The position numbers and the translations under genes are program-made. Below the pieces are notes generated by a model, which saw only the letters and a list, made by a program, of their open reading frames with translations, made no database searches and was not told where the DNA came from. This document shows positions 21,255-31,504 of a stretch of 64,000 nt of DNA, in pieces. Position 1 is the first letter of the stretch; each line of letters begins with the position of its first letter. Origin of the DNA: Gemmatimonas sp. (GTDB taxonomy: Bacteria > Gemmatimonadota > Gemmatimonadetes > Gemmatimonadales > Gemmatimonadaceae); assembly GCA_965279375.1 (NCBI GenBank), contig OZ257156.1, forward strand, positions 3,872,001-3,936,000, read 5' to 3'.

Positions 21255-22961
21255 ATGGCGCCTTCCAGCAAATCGCCGACGTCGAAACACGGAACGCCCG
21301 AAATTGAGAGAACGCATGGATCGACTTCTCTTATCCTGTGGATGATCGCAGTAGGGCTGACGGTCGCAGTTTGCATCGTCTATCTACGCGCACAGGGCGC
21401 ACGCGAACTCATGCCGGACGAAGGGATTTACTCGTACGTCGGTTGGGCATGGACGCAGGGCGACGCGATTTTCAAGGACGCGTGGGAGCAGAAAGGGCCG
21501 ATCGTTTACGTCTTCCCGGCCCTCCGCATTCTGCTGGCCGGAAACGCACCTGAATGGGTCGGCTTCCAGGAAGTCGCGCTGGGCATGGTCACCGCACTTG
21601 CGGTCGCGGGCGCTGCGCGAGTGCTCTGGGGATCGACCGTCGCCTCCTTCGTATTTCTCTTCGCGACTGCGCTTTGGACGCAGCTTCCGCCGAATGGCGG
21701 CGGACTGATAAGCACGGCGGGCTCCGTCATTTCGATGCTCGAAGCGCTAGCCGTGTTGGTGCTCACGATCGGCGCCACTTCGAACAGTCCTCGCCGATCC
21801 ACCATCGCATTCACGCTCTTCGGCGCATTCGAAGCACTGCTATTCTGGTGCCGGCCGAATGCCATCGTGACGCTCGCGTTGTTGCCCTGCGTGCTGTTGT
21901 TCTCGCCGCGGCTGCGGGCGCGCTGGATTCACTCGTGTGTGGCTGCGTCAGCAGGTGCACTCTGCACGCTCGGACTCGTCGCGTGGTGGATGTACGTGCA
22001 GGATTCGCTCGACGCCCTGTTCGACATCTACTTCCGCTTCGGTCCGATTCGAGGTGCGTTGGCGATGGATGGCATCGGATTGCCGCGTGTCCTCGAGCGC
22101 ATGCTCACCGAGTATCGCCGCCTGTTTGTCATTCACGTGTTCGGTTTGCTGGCGCTCACATTCGCATGCTCCTTCGCACGCCAACCTGCCGACTCAGGAC
22201 GCGTCGGATCGCGCGAGCAGGAACGTCTTGCGCGGATCATCAGCGTATTCTGGGTTGCATTGGCGCTGCTTGGCTACGCGTCGAGCGGCGCCTTCAACCA
22301 TCACGCGTTGCCGTCGCTCGCGGCCCTGGCTTTCGCCGGTGGCTGGATCCTTCACAGCGCTTGGCACTTCACTGAGGGCAAGATCTCAATGCCACTCCGC
22401 GCGATTGCGCTTGGCGTGCTCACAGTTGCGATGGTCGGCCGTCCGCTGGCGCGAGCGTTAAGGCAACCGCGAGGCAATCCAGCGAAAACGGACTGGCGAC
22501 GAATCGCAGACTACGTTGTGCGCACCACGAGTCCGAACGATCGAATCCTGACGATCACCGGATTCGCCGGTCCGGCGATATTGACCACCTCTCAACGACT
22601 GAGCGCCGTCCCATGGACGTTCCCTATGCCGCTACACGCGCGCGGCTATGTGACGGACTCCATGTGGTTGCGCGTCGCAAGGGTTCTCGAAGGCCCGACC
22701 GCCGTGAAGACCGTGCTCGCTGATCTCATGTCCATTCCTCCCGCCGCGCCCGGCGATAGCACCATCGAGTGGACCCTACGCAATGTCGAACGAGGGCTTA
22801 TGCCGAGGTCCATGCAGGATAGCACGGTCTTCCCGAGCAAAGAGCGGGCGAAAGCGTTGCTCGTGCAGAACTACGAGATCACGCATTGCGACGCGAAGGT
22901 GTGCGTGCTCTCACGCCGCATGGCTCCGGCGCGTGCTGAGTCGAGAAGAGGAACACAGTAG
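21255..22961 (+). CDS. Polytopic membrane glycosyltransferase (GT-C, ArnT/PMT-like)
   Basis: PDEGIY...KDAWEQKGP first-loop motif, many TM helices, soluble C-terminal domain. Confidence 0.7.
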   Translation: MAPSSKSPTSKHGTPEIERTHGSTSLILWMIAVGLTVAVCIVYLRAQGARELMPDEGIYSYVGWAWTQGDAIFKDAWEQKGPIVYVFPALRILLAGNAPEWVGFQEVALGMVTALAVAGAARVLWGSTVASFVFLFATALWTQLPPNGGGLISTAGSVISMLEALAVLVLTIGATSNSPRRSTIAFTLFGAFEALLFWCRPNAIVTLALLPCVLLFSPRLRARWIHSCVAASAGALCTLGLVAWWMYVQDSLDALFDIYFRFGPIRGALAMDGIGLPRVLERMLTEYRRLFVIHVFGLLALTFACSFARQPADSGRVGSREQERLARIISVFWVALALLGYASSGAFNHHALPSLAALAFAGGWILHSAWHFTEGKISMPLRAIALGVLTVAMVGRPLARALRQPRGNPAKTDWRRIADYVVRTTSPNDRILTITGFAGPAILTTSQRLSAVPWTFPMPLHARGYVTDSMWLRVARVLEGPTAVKTVLADLMSIPPAAPGDSTIEWTLRNVERGLMPRSMQDSTVFPSKERAKALLVQNYEITHCDAKVCVLSRRMAPARAESRRGTQ

Positions 22962-23001
22962 CGAGGCTATTCTCCAATCGGAGCGCTCACCCGCGGAGGC
23001 T

Positions 23002-24021
23002 TCAAGGAGTCTCGGCCTGCACCACAAAGGCCGGCCGGTTTTGCAGCATCTGGTATGCCCGGCCGATGTATATCCCGAGAATTCCGAGCACCGCGAACTG
23101 CACCGCGAATAGCAGAGCCACCAAGGCCGCAAGTGAGGCCCAGCCTGGAACCGTCCGTCCAGCAATGAACTCGAAGATCGCATAGACGACTTCGCCGACG
23201 GCGAGTACACCCGTCACCATCGCCATCAATATGCCAAGCTTGAGTGGCGCGCTCGAAAAGGACACGATGGAGCCCGCGGCCATTCGAGTCATTCGCCGGA
23301 GCGTGTACTTCGTTGTCCCTGAAAACCGACGCGCGACGTCAAATTCTATTGTCGTCGAGTTGAATCCAAGCCACTGCACCGTCCCTCTGAGGAACTGGTC
23401 AGGATTCCGGAAACTCAGGACCCGCGCAACCACGCTTGCGTCAAGCAGACGAAAGTCCGACATGCCGGCATACATCGGGACACCCGTCAGCACGGAGAAC
23501 GCGGAATAGAAGACCCGCGACGTCCACCGCTTGAACGCAGAGGTAACCACGGCATCCCGGCGCTTCGTCAGTACCACAAGACTTCCGTTGCGCCACGCAC
23601 GGACCATCTCATGGATGCACTCTGGCGGGTGCTGGAGATCTGCATCCATACTCACCACCGCGCGGCCGCGCGAATGCGCAAGCCCGGCGAGCAGTGCGCG
23701 CTGATGTCCGAAGTTTCGGGCGAGCCGAATGCCTCGGATATGTTGATCCTGTTGTGCCAGCTGCGAGATCACATGCCAGGAGTCGTCAGAGCTTCCGTCA
23801 TCGACGACGATCAGTTCAAAACATCGCACATCGCTGCTCTCCATTACTTGCAGCACACGATGCGCGAGTGCCGGCAGCCCTGCTTGCTCGTTGAAGGCCG
23901 GACAGACAATGCTCAGTTCCACCGCGTCACCCGCTCTACCGCTCTGCACACTCGGTGATGAGGACCGATGGTACTCGGGCCAAAGCGCGACTTCGCTGGA
24001 TGCGTCGACGTTTGCTGGCAT
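23002..24021 (-). CDS. GT2 polyprenyl-phosphate glycosyltransferase (GtrB/ArnC/DPM1-like); start uncertain
   Basis: SIVCPAFNE, VDDGSSD, RNFGHQ, MDADLQHPP, SDFRL, two C-terminal TM helices. Confidence 0.92.
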   Translation of the reverse strand: MPANVDASSEVALWPEYHRSSSPSVQSGRAGDAVELSIVCPAFNEQAGLPALAHRVLQVMESSDVRCFELIVVDDGSSDDSWHVISQLAQQDQHIRGIRLARNFGHQRALLAGLAHSRGRAVVSMDADLQHPPECIHEMVRAWRNGSLVVLTKRRDAVVTSAFKRWTSRVFYSAFSVLTGVPMYAGMSDFRLLDASVVARVLSFRNPDQFLRGTVQWLGFNSTTIEFDVARRFSGTTKYTLRRMTRMAAGSIVSFSSAPLKLGILMAMVTGVLAVGEVVYAIFEFIAGRTVPGWASLAALVALLFAVQFAVLGILGIYIGRAYQMLQNRPAFVVQAETP

Positions 24022-24355
24022 GGTCGGCGATTGAGTATCAAAAATCGTGGAGGGGTGCTCACTGACGCGTCCCGACGGCGCACTCAACGAAGGCAAACCA
24101 CGATGCAGATCCCGCAATGAACCCATCTACAACATTTCTGAATCAACTCATGCCAGCGGTCCGTTGGGCTGTCTTCTGGTCCCAAACGCATCGCCACTCC
24201 CAATTGATCTACGCCGACTTCGGAGGTCGCGCCAGTCGCAAGCATGGCGCCGACGCGTCGAAGGTTCGTAGCTGAAGGGGTCGCTTGTCGGAGTTGTTCA
24301 TCGGCATATCTGTTGTCGTGAGTGCGACGAATCCGACAGGGTCGTTGGGAAACGC

Positions 24356-24388
24356 AAACGCCCCGCCGAGTGATCGGCGGGGCGTTTT
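24356..24388. terminator. Intrinsic terminator of ssrA (potentially bidirectional)
   Basis: aaacgccccgccga-gtga-tcggcggggcgttt perfect stem immediately past the tmRNA 3' end. Confidence 0.85.
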
Positions 24389-24397
24389 GTCTGCTAG

Positions 24398-24755
24398 TGG
24401 AGGTGAGGGGAATCGAACCCCTGTCCGAGACTAGATCGACTTCAGCGTCTACGTGCGTATCCCATTGATTGAGGTCTCCGTCCGCTGGCCAACAGGAAGC
24501 CCACGGCCGAACAAGTCGACTAAGTTTTCGCCCCGCTGCGGTCGACGCACCGCAGGACTAGCCCAGATTTTCGATACCCGTCAAGCCGCCCCGGGCGGGC
24601 TTCCTGTCGGGCAGACGCCTACGTAACTCGAAAATTACGCGGCGAGCGCCAGGTTGTTGTTGGCGATTGTGATTTTCCCGAGTGTTTAGCCAGGTTCTCG
24701 AGTACCTGAGCACGCAACCAAAGCTTCACCAACCCCGTCGAAGCCAGTCACCCCC
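24398..24755 (-). ncRNA. ssrA: tmRNA; tag peptide ANNNLALAA (24635-24664)
   Basis: 5' GGGGGTGACTGGCTTCGAC; 3' T-arm AGGGGTTCGATTCCCCT-CACCTCCA; G3-U acceptor pair; ORF GCC AAC AAC AAC CTG GCG CTC GCC GCG TAA; CCA not encoded. Confidence 0.95.
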
Positions 24756-24870
24756 GACGTCTTGCCACTCGCCGCATCGCCAGACCCTGCGAGTAGTCTG
24801 CTACACCTGCAGCTGCAACCGCTCCCTACACTTAACGCACCAGCACAGTTCCGGCAACGGCACGCTCGCG

Positions 24871-25920
24871 CTACGCCGCCTCGCAGGTAAGCGACGAGAC
24901 GTCGGGATCGTCTGCCTGCGCACCACGCGCCACCAGCGCGTCGTACCCCTCGAGGTAGCGCGAGAAAATCCCCTCCACTTCGGCAAAGTCGCGCACCTGA
25001 TGGAGCTGCTTGCGCAGATCGGCCGAGTTGGGGAGCCCCTTCACGTACCATCCGAGATGCTTGCGGAACTCGAGCGCGGCACCGACGGCATCGACCTCGT
25101 ACTGCTGCACCATGCGTGCGTGATCGAGCGCGATCGCGAAGCGCTCCGCGACGCCCGGCGCCGCAGGCAGCGGCTCGCCCTGCAGGAGCGCCCGTGTCTG
25201 CCGAAAAATCCAGGGCTGCCCGTACGATCCGCGACCGATCATGATGCCGTCACAGCGCGTGTGCTCATACATACGGAGCGCGTCCTGCGCCGTCTTGATG
25301 TCGCCGTTGCCGAGCACGGGGATGTCGAGCGCCTCAGCCACGCGCGCGATCTCGTCCCAATTGGCGCTGCCGCTGTACATCTGCGTGCGCGTCCGAGCAT
25401 GCAACGCCAGCACACGTGCGCCGGCGTCCTGACACCGGAGAGCGATGCCCACCGGATCACGCATCTCCTCATTCCAGCCACTGCGAATCTTGCACGTCAC
25501 CGGGAGCGGCGTCGCCGCAGACACGGCACGAATGATCTGTTGAACCAGATCGAGGTCACGCAAACAGCCCGAGCCGCCATTCCGACGCACGACCTTCTTG
25601 ACCGGACAGCCGAAGTTGATATCGACGAAATCAGGCTGGAACAGGTCGGTGACCAGTGCGGCCGCCTCGGCCATGGCCGCGGGCTCTGCACCGAAGATCT
25701 GCACGCCAATGGGACGCTCTTCGGCACTGAAGCGCAGCTTGTCCACCGTCGCCGGATTCTCTCGACGAATGCCCTCGGCCGACAGGAATTCGGTCACGAC
25801 GACGTCGGCACCATGCTGATGGCAAAGTCGCCGGAACGGCGACTCCGACACGCCAGCCATGGGCGCGAGATAGACCGGGACCGCGTGCGGTACGTCGAAG
25901 GGGAACGCTTTGGCAGTCAT
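24871..25920 (-). CDS. dusB: tRNA-dihydrouridine synthase
   Basis: LAPMAG, DINFGCPV, KIRSGW, LHART, GNGDI, MIGRG. Confidence 0.95.
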   Translation of the reverse strand: MTAKAFPFDVPHAVPVYLAPMAGVSESPFRRLCHQHGADVVVTEFLSAEGIRRENPATVDKLRFSAEERPIGVQIFGAEPAAMAEAAALVTDLFQPDFVDINFGCPVKKVVRRNGGSGCLRDLDLVQQIIRAVSAATPLPVTCKIRSGWNEEMRDPVGIALRCQDAGARVLALHARTRTQMYSGSANWDEIARVAEALDIPVLGNGDIKTAQDALRMYEHTRCDGIMIGRGSYGQPWIFRQTRALLQGEPLPAAPGVAERFAIALDHARMVQQYEVDAVGAALEFRKHLGWYVKGLPNSADLRKQLHQVRDFAEVEGIFSRYLEGYDALVARGAQADDPDVSSLTCEAA

Positions 25921-25928
25921 TGAGTTGG

Positions 25929-25957
25929 AACCTAGCAGCGCCCTCGGGACCGGGCAA
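25929..25957 (-). promoter_or_regulatory. Putative promoter of dusB (near-leaderless)
   Basis: TTGCCC-N17-TAGGTT with TGn extension, 8 nt before ATG 25920. Confidence 0.55.
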
Positions 25958-25967
25958 CGCGTCCGGT

Positions 25968-25995
25968 TTGACAGCGGCGGCTCCGGGGTTATCAT
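25968..25995 (+). promoter_or_regulatory. Putative promoter of ptsN-like gene (near-leaderless)
   Basis: TTGACA-N16-TATCAT, 8 nt before ATG 26004. Confidence 0.65.
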
Positions 25996-26003
25996 CGAAG
26001 GCT

Positions 26004-26456
26004 ATGGAACTGCGAGAATTCTTTTCAGAAGATGCCGTCCAGCTCGAGCTTCAGGGCACGACCAAGGACGAAGTGCTCAAGGAACTCATCGGGCTGCTCA
26101 AGCTCGACGAGAAGTCCGAGGGCATGCTGTTCAAGATGCTCAAGCGCCGCGAGAATCTTGGTTCCACCGGCATCGGCCGTGGCATCGCGATTCCGCACTG
26201 CCGCTCGTTGGTCGTGAATCGTCTGCGTGTCGCCTTCGGCCGAAAGAAGGCCGGCGTGGACTTCAAGGCGATCGACGACAAGCCGGTGCACTTCTTCTTC
26301 CTGATCGTCGCCCCGCCGCTCGAGGTGTCGAATCAGTACTTGCCCGTACTCGGCAAGATCGCCCAGTTCAGCAAGGAATCCGACGTGCCGGGTCGTCTCC
26401 TGGAACTCACGTCGTCCGCTGAATTCATGGCGCTCCTCGAGGAAAAGCGCGTCTAA
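26004..26456 (+). CDS. ptsN: PTS EIIA (Ntr/fructose-type) protein
   Basis: RENLGSTGIGRGIAIPH phospho-His motif, DFKAIDDKPVHFFFL. Confidence 0.88.
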   Translation: MELREFFSEDAVQLELQGTTKDEVLKELIGLLKLDEKSEGMLFKMLKRRENLGSTGIGRGIAIPHCRSLVVNRLRVAFGRKKAGVDFKAIDDKPVHFFFLIVAPPLEVSNQYLPVLGKIAQFSKESDVPGRLLELTSSAEFMALLEEKRV

Positions 26457-26478
26457 CCAGAGCTGGCAGCGCGTGGGG

Positions 26479-27837
26479 CTACTCCTGCTCCACGCGCACT
26501 CGCGAGAGGTTTCCGCGAAGTCGTTGTCGGGCGCGAAGCGATTGTAGAATGGACGCGGCCGCCAGGCCAGCTACGAGACCGAGCCAGAGGCCTCGCTCGC
26601 GCAGTGGCGTGCGAAAGCCCAGGTACGCGCCGAGCGGTACCCCGACGCCCCAGAACGACACCATGTGCAGGATCGCGGGCACGCGCGTATCGCCGGTGCC
26701 ACGCAGTACGCCGCCTGTCACGGCCTGCAGGCCGTCGAACACCTGGAACCAGCCCGCCAGCGGAATGAGTGCAACCGCTACCGCCACGGTCGCAGCATCG
26801 TTCGTGTAGCGCGTCGCGAGGAACTCCGGCACCGACAGGAACACGGCTGCGCTGAAACACATGAACCCCGTACCGCACACGATCGCTGCGAGTGCGTCGC
26901 GCCGTGCCGCTTCCATGTCGCCACGACCAATCGCGCGCCCGACGACAGCGCTGGCCGCACCGGCAATGCCAAGCGGCACCATGAACGTGAGCGCAGCCAT
27001 GTTGAGCGCGATCTCGTGCCCTGCGAGCGACGCGGTGCCCATCCACCCCATCAGCAGCGCCGTGAGGCCGAACGCGAAGCTCTCGAAGAACCACTGCACT
27101 CCGATCGGTGCACCAATGCGCACGGTGCGCACAATGGGCGCCCAGTGCAGCGTCTCTTTACGCCACGGCCGGAGCAGCGCATGAAACTGCCGCCACGACA
27201 ACGCCAACAGCGTGAGCGCCATGGCCCACATCGAAATCGCCGTCGCGAAACCTGATCCGGCCACGCCGAGTGCCGGAGCACCGAGGTTGCCGAAGATCAA
27301 CAGCCAATTGGCGGCAACGTTGATCACGTTCGCGATGATGACGGCGTAAACAACAGTCCGCACTCGCCCCATCGCCTGCAACGTCTGTCGCATGACGTTG
27401 AAGATCAGAAATGGCAGTACGCCGATCGCGCGCCGGCGCGTGTACGCGGCGGTATCGGGAATGACATCCTGCGGCTGTCGGAATAGCTCGAGCAGCGCCT
27501 CACCGGGCATGAGCGCGAGGGTGATGACGATGGCCAGTGCACACGCGATGACTACGCCACGCTGCACTGATCGCGCGACATCTTCCGTGTCGCCGGCTCC
27601 CACCGCCTGCGCAATCACCGGATCGAGGGCCAGGAGCAACCCGAGCCCGAACACGCTGGTGTTGAAGAAGTAGAGATTCCCCAACGCCACGGAGGCGATC
27701 GCGGCACCACCCAACTTCCCCACCATGATCGCGTCGACGACACCCATCGCCTGCATACCCACGTTCACGAACACGATCGGTGCAGCGAACCGCGCCATGT
27801 CGCGCAGGTCCGCGCCCCACGTGTTGGTACGACTCAA
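26479..27837 (-). CDS. MATE family efflux transporter (NorM-like)
   Basis: VDAIMVG, about 12 TM helices, FQVFDGLQAV..GVLRGTGDT. Confidence 0.93.
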   Translation of the reverse strand: MSRTNTWGADLRDMARFAAPIVFVNVGMQAMGVVDAIMVGKLGGAAIASVALGNLYFFNTSVFGLGLLLALDPVIAQAVGAGDTEDVARSVQRGVVIACALAIVITLALMPGEALLELFRQPQDVIPDTAAYTRRRAIGVLPFLIFNVMRQTLQAMGRVRTVVYAVIIANVINVAANWLLIFGNLGAPALGVAGSGFATAISMWAMALTLLALSWRQFHALLRPWRKETLHWAPIVRTVRIGAPIGVQWFFESFAFGLTALLMGWMGTASLAGHEIALNMAALTFMVPLGIAGAASAVVGRAIGRGDMEAARRDALAAIVCGTGFMCFSAAVFLSVPEFLATRYTNDAATVAVAVALIPLAGWFQVFDGLQAVTGGVLRGTGDTRVPAILHMVSFWGVGVPLGAYLGFRTPLRERGLWLGLVAGLAAASILQSLRARQRLRGNLSRVRVEQE

Positions 27838-29402
27838 CGCGATGCCGCCCCCTTCGCGCGCGCCACGATCTCACGCGCCTCTCGCAGCATGCGCTGCGCG
27901 TCGAACGGGATGCCGTCCTTGATGGTCCACGCCACGCCGCCGCCCGTACCCGCGGCGGCATCCGCACGAGGCGGGTAGAAGACCTTGAGGTCCTCCAGCG
28001 GGTTGCCGTTCAGCACGATAAGGTCGGCGAGATAGCCGGGACGCACGCGCCCGAGTCGTGTGCCCTCGCCAAGAATCTGCGCGTTGTTGGCCGTCGCATG
28101 CTGCAGCACCTTGATCGGCTGGAAGCCGGCCTCCTGGTGCAACTCCAGCTCGCGAATGAGACCGAAGCCGTAGACCTGATAGATGAAGCCTGCGTCCTCG
28201 CCAACGCCGATCACACCGCCGAGCTTCTCGAAGTCGCGCACCGCCTGGAACCAGATGCGATAGTTCTCCTTCCAGTACGCCTCGTCGGTGCTGCTCCAGT
28301 TCGCGAAGTACGATCCGTGGTTAGAAGGGTCCGGCTTGAAGTACTTGTCGAGTGTCGGATGCAGGTACTCGCGGAACCACGGCTGCGACTCGGCGCGCTG
28401 CAAGTCGCGGCTCGCCTCGTAGATGTCGAGCGTCGGGTTCCAGGCGACGTTTCCCTTCACCATCGCCTTGAGCACCTCCTGCAGGCGCGTCGGATCGGCT
28501 TCGCGCCACAAGCGACCCGCCCACCGGAAGCGCATGCCCTCATCGGCGTAGTTGAAGTCCGACGGGAAGTGCTGCGCACCGTCGAGAATCGCCGCATCGG
28601 GCACACCGTACCAATGTTCGATGCTGGTGAGGCCGCCCGCTGCCGCGTCCCAGGCATTGGTCTCGTCCACCGCCATGTGGTGCGCGACACGGAGCCCCTG
28701 CTTCTTCGCTTCGTCGAGCACGGGCAGGTACGTGTCCTTGTCCATGCCGAACAGCTTGAGGCCGTCCACACCCATCGCCTTGAGATCGCGCACTCGTTGA
28801 CGCGCCTCGGCCTCGTTGCGCGGCACGGGCATGTAGGCGTAACGCGCGTACACGTAGATGCGCGGCGACGCGACTTCGCCGGACAGCGAACGTGCGCGCA
28901 GCTGCAGTGTCTTTGGCGTGTCGCTTGAGACATCGCGCACGCTGGTGATGCCCATGCCGAGCCACAGCTTGAGCTCGTAGTCGAGCGACTGCGGAAGGCC
29001 GGCGCGTTCATCCTGCACGTGCCCGTGAATGTTGATGAGTCCGGGCATGACGTACTTGCCGGTGGCATCGATTTCCACGTCACCCGCTGCCGGCCGACGC
29101 GCGGTACCATCCTTGGCAGCCACCGGATCGATGGCGACGATCTGCGTGATCTGATTCCCCTCGATCACGATGTCCTTCGGCCCTTCGGCGGGGGTACCGT
29201 TGCCCTCGATGACGAGCGCGCCGCGAATGACCATGCGTTTGGGCCGCACGCCATGCGCAGGCGCTGGCACACCGCGCACCACCGCCGGCGAGCGAGTCGG
29301 CGGCGTTACCGTCTGCGCCGTGAGCGAAGACCAAGGCGAGCAGAGCGTCACCGCGGCCATCGCGACGATCAACGAATCAATTCTGCGATTGCCTGACAGC
29401 AT
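27834..29402 (-). CDS. Secreted amidohydrolase-family protein
   Basis: Signal peptide, IDATGKYVMPGLINIHGH, SIEH, ATANNA, ADLIVLNGNPLED. Confidence 0.85.
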   Translation of the reverse strand: MLSGNRRIDSLIVAMAAVTLCSPWSSLTAQTVTPPTRSPAVVRGVPAPAHGVRPKRMVIRGALVIEGNGTPAEGPKDIVIEGNQITQIVAIDPVAAKDGTARRPAAGDVEIDATGKYVMPGLINIHGHVQDERAGLPQSLDYELKLWLGMGITSVRDVSSDTPKTLQLRARSLSGEVASPRIYVYARYAYMPVPRNEAEARQRVRDLKAMGVDGLKLFGMDKDTYLPVLDEAKKQGLRVAHHMAVDETNAWDAAAGGLTSIEHWYGVPDAAILDGAQHFPSDFNYADEGMRFRWAGRLWREADPTRLQEVLKAMVKGNVAWNPTLDIYEASRDLQRAESQPWFREYLHPTLDKYFKPDPSNHGSYFANWSSTDEAYWKENYRIWFQAVRDFEKLGGVIGVGEDAGFIYQVYGFGLIRELELHQEAGFQPIKVLQHATANNAQILGEGTRLGRVRPGYLADLIVLNGNPLEDLKVFYPPRADAAAGTGGGVAWTIKDGIPFDAQRMLREAREIVARAKGAASR

Positions 29403-29450
29403 GCGCGGATCTCCGTACGGCGAATATGTGAACGAGGCGAACCGGCGACG

Positions 29451-30992
29451 CTACTCCCACTCGATTGTCGCAGGGGGCTTCGAGCTGATGTCGTAGACGA
29501 CGCGATTGACGCCGTCCACTTCGTTGATGATGCGATTGGAGATGCGACCCAATACATCATGCGGGAACGCGAACCAATCCGCCGTCATGCCATCGGTGCT
29601 GGTGACGGCGCGCAACGCAATCACGTGCTCATACGTGCGTCCATCGCCCATCACACCAACAGAGCGCACCGGCAGAAAGACCGCGAAGGCCTGCCAGATG
29701 TCGGGATAGAGTCCCGCTGCGCGAATCTCTTCGAGGTAGATCGCATCGGCACGGCGCAGAATGTCGAGCGCGTACGGCGAGACCTCGCCGAGCACACGAA
29801 TAGCGAGGCCTGGTCCCGGGAATGGATGACGGCCCACCATCTCTTCGGGCAAGCCGAGTTCACGCCCCACGTTGCGCACTTCGTCCTTGAACAGTTCACG
29901 CAGCGGTTCGATCAGCGCAAACTTCATGTCTTTCGGCAGACCGCCCACGTTGTGGTGCGTCTTGATCGTCGCCGACGGGCCACCCGTCGCGCTCACAGAT
30001 TCGATCACATCGGGGTACAGCGTGCCCTGCACGAGGAACGACGCATCCTTCCCTGCCTCGGTGGACGCCTCCTCGAACACGCGAATGAAGTGCTCGCCGA
30101 TGATCTTGCGCTTGCGTTCCGGTTCGCCCACACCGGCGAGCGCATTGAGGAAACGATCCTCCGCGCGCACGGTGATGAGCTTGATGCCCAAGTGCATGCC
30201 CATCGTGCGCTCCACCTGCTCGCGCTCATGCAATCGCAGCAGTCCGGTATCGACGAAGATGCACGTGAGCTGATCACCGATGGCCTTGTGCACCAGCGCC
30301 GCGGCCACGCTCGAATCAACGCCACCAGAGAGTCCGCAGATCACTTGCTTGTCGCCAACGAGTTCGCGTATGCGCGCGACTTCGAGATCAATGAAGTGAC
30401 CGGCCGTCCAGTCGGGCGTACAATGGCAAACGCCGTAGACGAAGTTCTGGATGATGTCCGCGCCGCGCGCCGTATGGGCGACTTCGGCGTGGAACTGCAC
30501 CGCGTGGATGGGACGCGTCTCGTGACGGAAACCCGCGCACGTGGTGCCACTGTGCGCCGTTGCGACGTACCCGGGCGGCACCTGCTCCACGTGATCACCG
30601 TGGCTCATCCAAACCGTGGTCTTCTCGCCTGCGTCGAAGCCGGCGAACATCCCCGCCGGCTCATCGACCGTGACTTCTGCGCGCCCGTATTCTCGGCGAC
30701 CGCCGCCGACCACCGCGCCGCCCTCGAGATGTGCGATGAGCTGCATGCCGTAACACACGCCCAGCACCGGCGCGATGTCGAGTAGATCAGGCGACACCGT
30801 TGGCGCACCTTCGTCGGTCACGGAACTGGGTCCGCCTGACAGAATGATGCCGTCCGGCTTCCAGGCGCGAATCCACTCCAGCGACTTGGTCGGCGAGTGA
30901 ATCTCCGAGAATACGCGCGCCTCCCGGACGCGGCGAGCGATGAGCTGCGTGAACTGCGATCCGCAGTCGAGAATCAAAATACGGCTGCCCAT
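29451..30992 (-). CDS. guaA: GMP synthase
   Basis: [35 protein letters not shown]. Confidence 0.98.
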   Translation of the reverse strand: MGSRILILDCGSQFTQLIARRVREARVFSEIHSPTKSLEWIRAWKPDGIILSGGPSSVTDEGAPTVSPDLLDIAPVLGVCYGMQLIAHLEGGAVVGGGRREYGRAEVTVDEPAGMFAGFDAGEKTTVWMSHGDHVEQVPPGYVATAHSGTTCAGFRHETRPIHAVQFHAEVAHTARGADIIQNFVYGVCHCTPDWTAGHFIDLEVARIRELVGDKQVICGLSGGVDSSVAAALVHKAIGDQLTCIFVDTGLLRLHEREQVERTMGMHLGIKLITVRAEDRFLNALAGVGEPERKRKIIGEHFIRVFEEASTEAGKDASFLVQGTLYPDVIESVSATGGPSATIKTHHNVGGLPKDMKFALIEPLRELFKDEVRNVGRELGLPEEMVGRHPFPGPGLAIRVLGEVSPYALDILRRADAIYLEEIRAAGLYPDIWQAFAVFLPVRSVGVMGDGRTYEHVIALRAVTSTDGMTADWFAFPHDVLGRISNRIINEVDGVNRVVYDISSKPPATIEWE

Positions 30993-31504
30993 CAGAACTT
31001 CCACTCCGGTCCGGAGAGTTTGAGGAACTCGATTGCTTTCGTCTCGAGATCGAGGATCGCGCCGGTAGGCGCCCCGTGCAGCCACCCGCACCCTTCGCCG
31101 GGATTCACCAGCAGCGAGTCACCGCGCGACTTCATCTCCGGCACGTGCGTCATGCCGTGCACGATCACTTCATGACCATCGATCGAGCGCTGATGCACAT
31201 CGCCTAGATCATGAATGAGCAACACCGACTTTCCGCCGAGGTCGAAGCTATGCGGCGATTCGTAGAGCTCAGCGGCGCCGAATCCAGCCTTCGCCGCGGC
31301 CTGCAACGCATCGCGATCGCCGTCGTTGCGACCGAAGACGCCGAGCACTGGAAGCGAGAGATCGTGAAACGGCTGCAGCGAGAAGGGCGAGCAGAAGTCG
31401 CCCGCGTGCATCACCAACGAGACGCCGCCCGCCAGCATTTGCTCGAGCAGCGCGCGGACCGCAGGCACGCGGTCATGAGTATCCGACAGCAAACCGATGC
31501 GCAT
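30992..31504 (-). CDS. Metallophosphoesterase (YfcE/MJ0936 family)
   Basis: SDTHD, HAGD, GRND, GMTH, NPGE. Confidence 0.88.
   Translation of the reverse strand: MRIGLLSDTHDRVPAVRALLEQMLAGGVSLVMHAGDFCSPFSLQPFHDLSLPVLGVFGRNDGDRDALQAAAKAGFGAAELYESPHSFDLGGKSVLLIHDLGDVHQRSIDGHEVIVHGMTHVPEMKSRGDSLLVNPGEGCGWLHGAPTGAILDLETKAIEFLKLSGPEWKF

Noticed and set aside
21068..21376. 102-aa minus-strand ORF
   Set aside because: It overlaps the GT-C gene antisense and has no motifs or RBS.
24398..24430. tRNA-like T-arm and acceptor end
   Set aside because: It is the 3' tRNA-like domain of tmRNA, not a separate tRNA.
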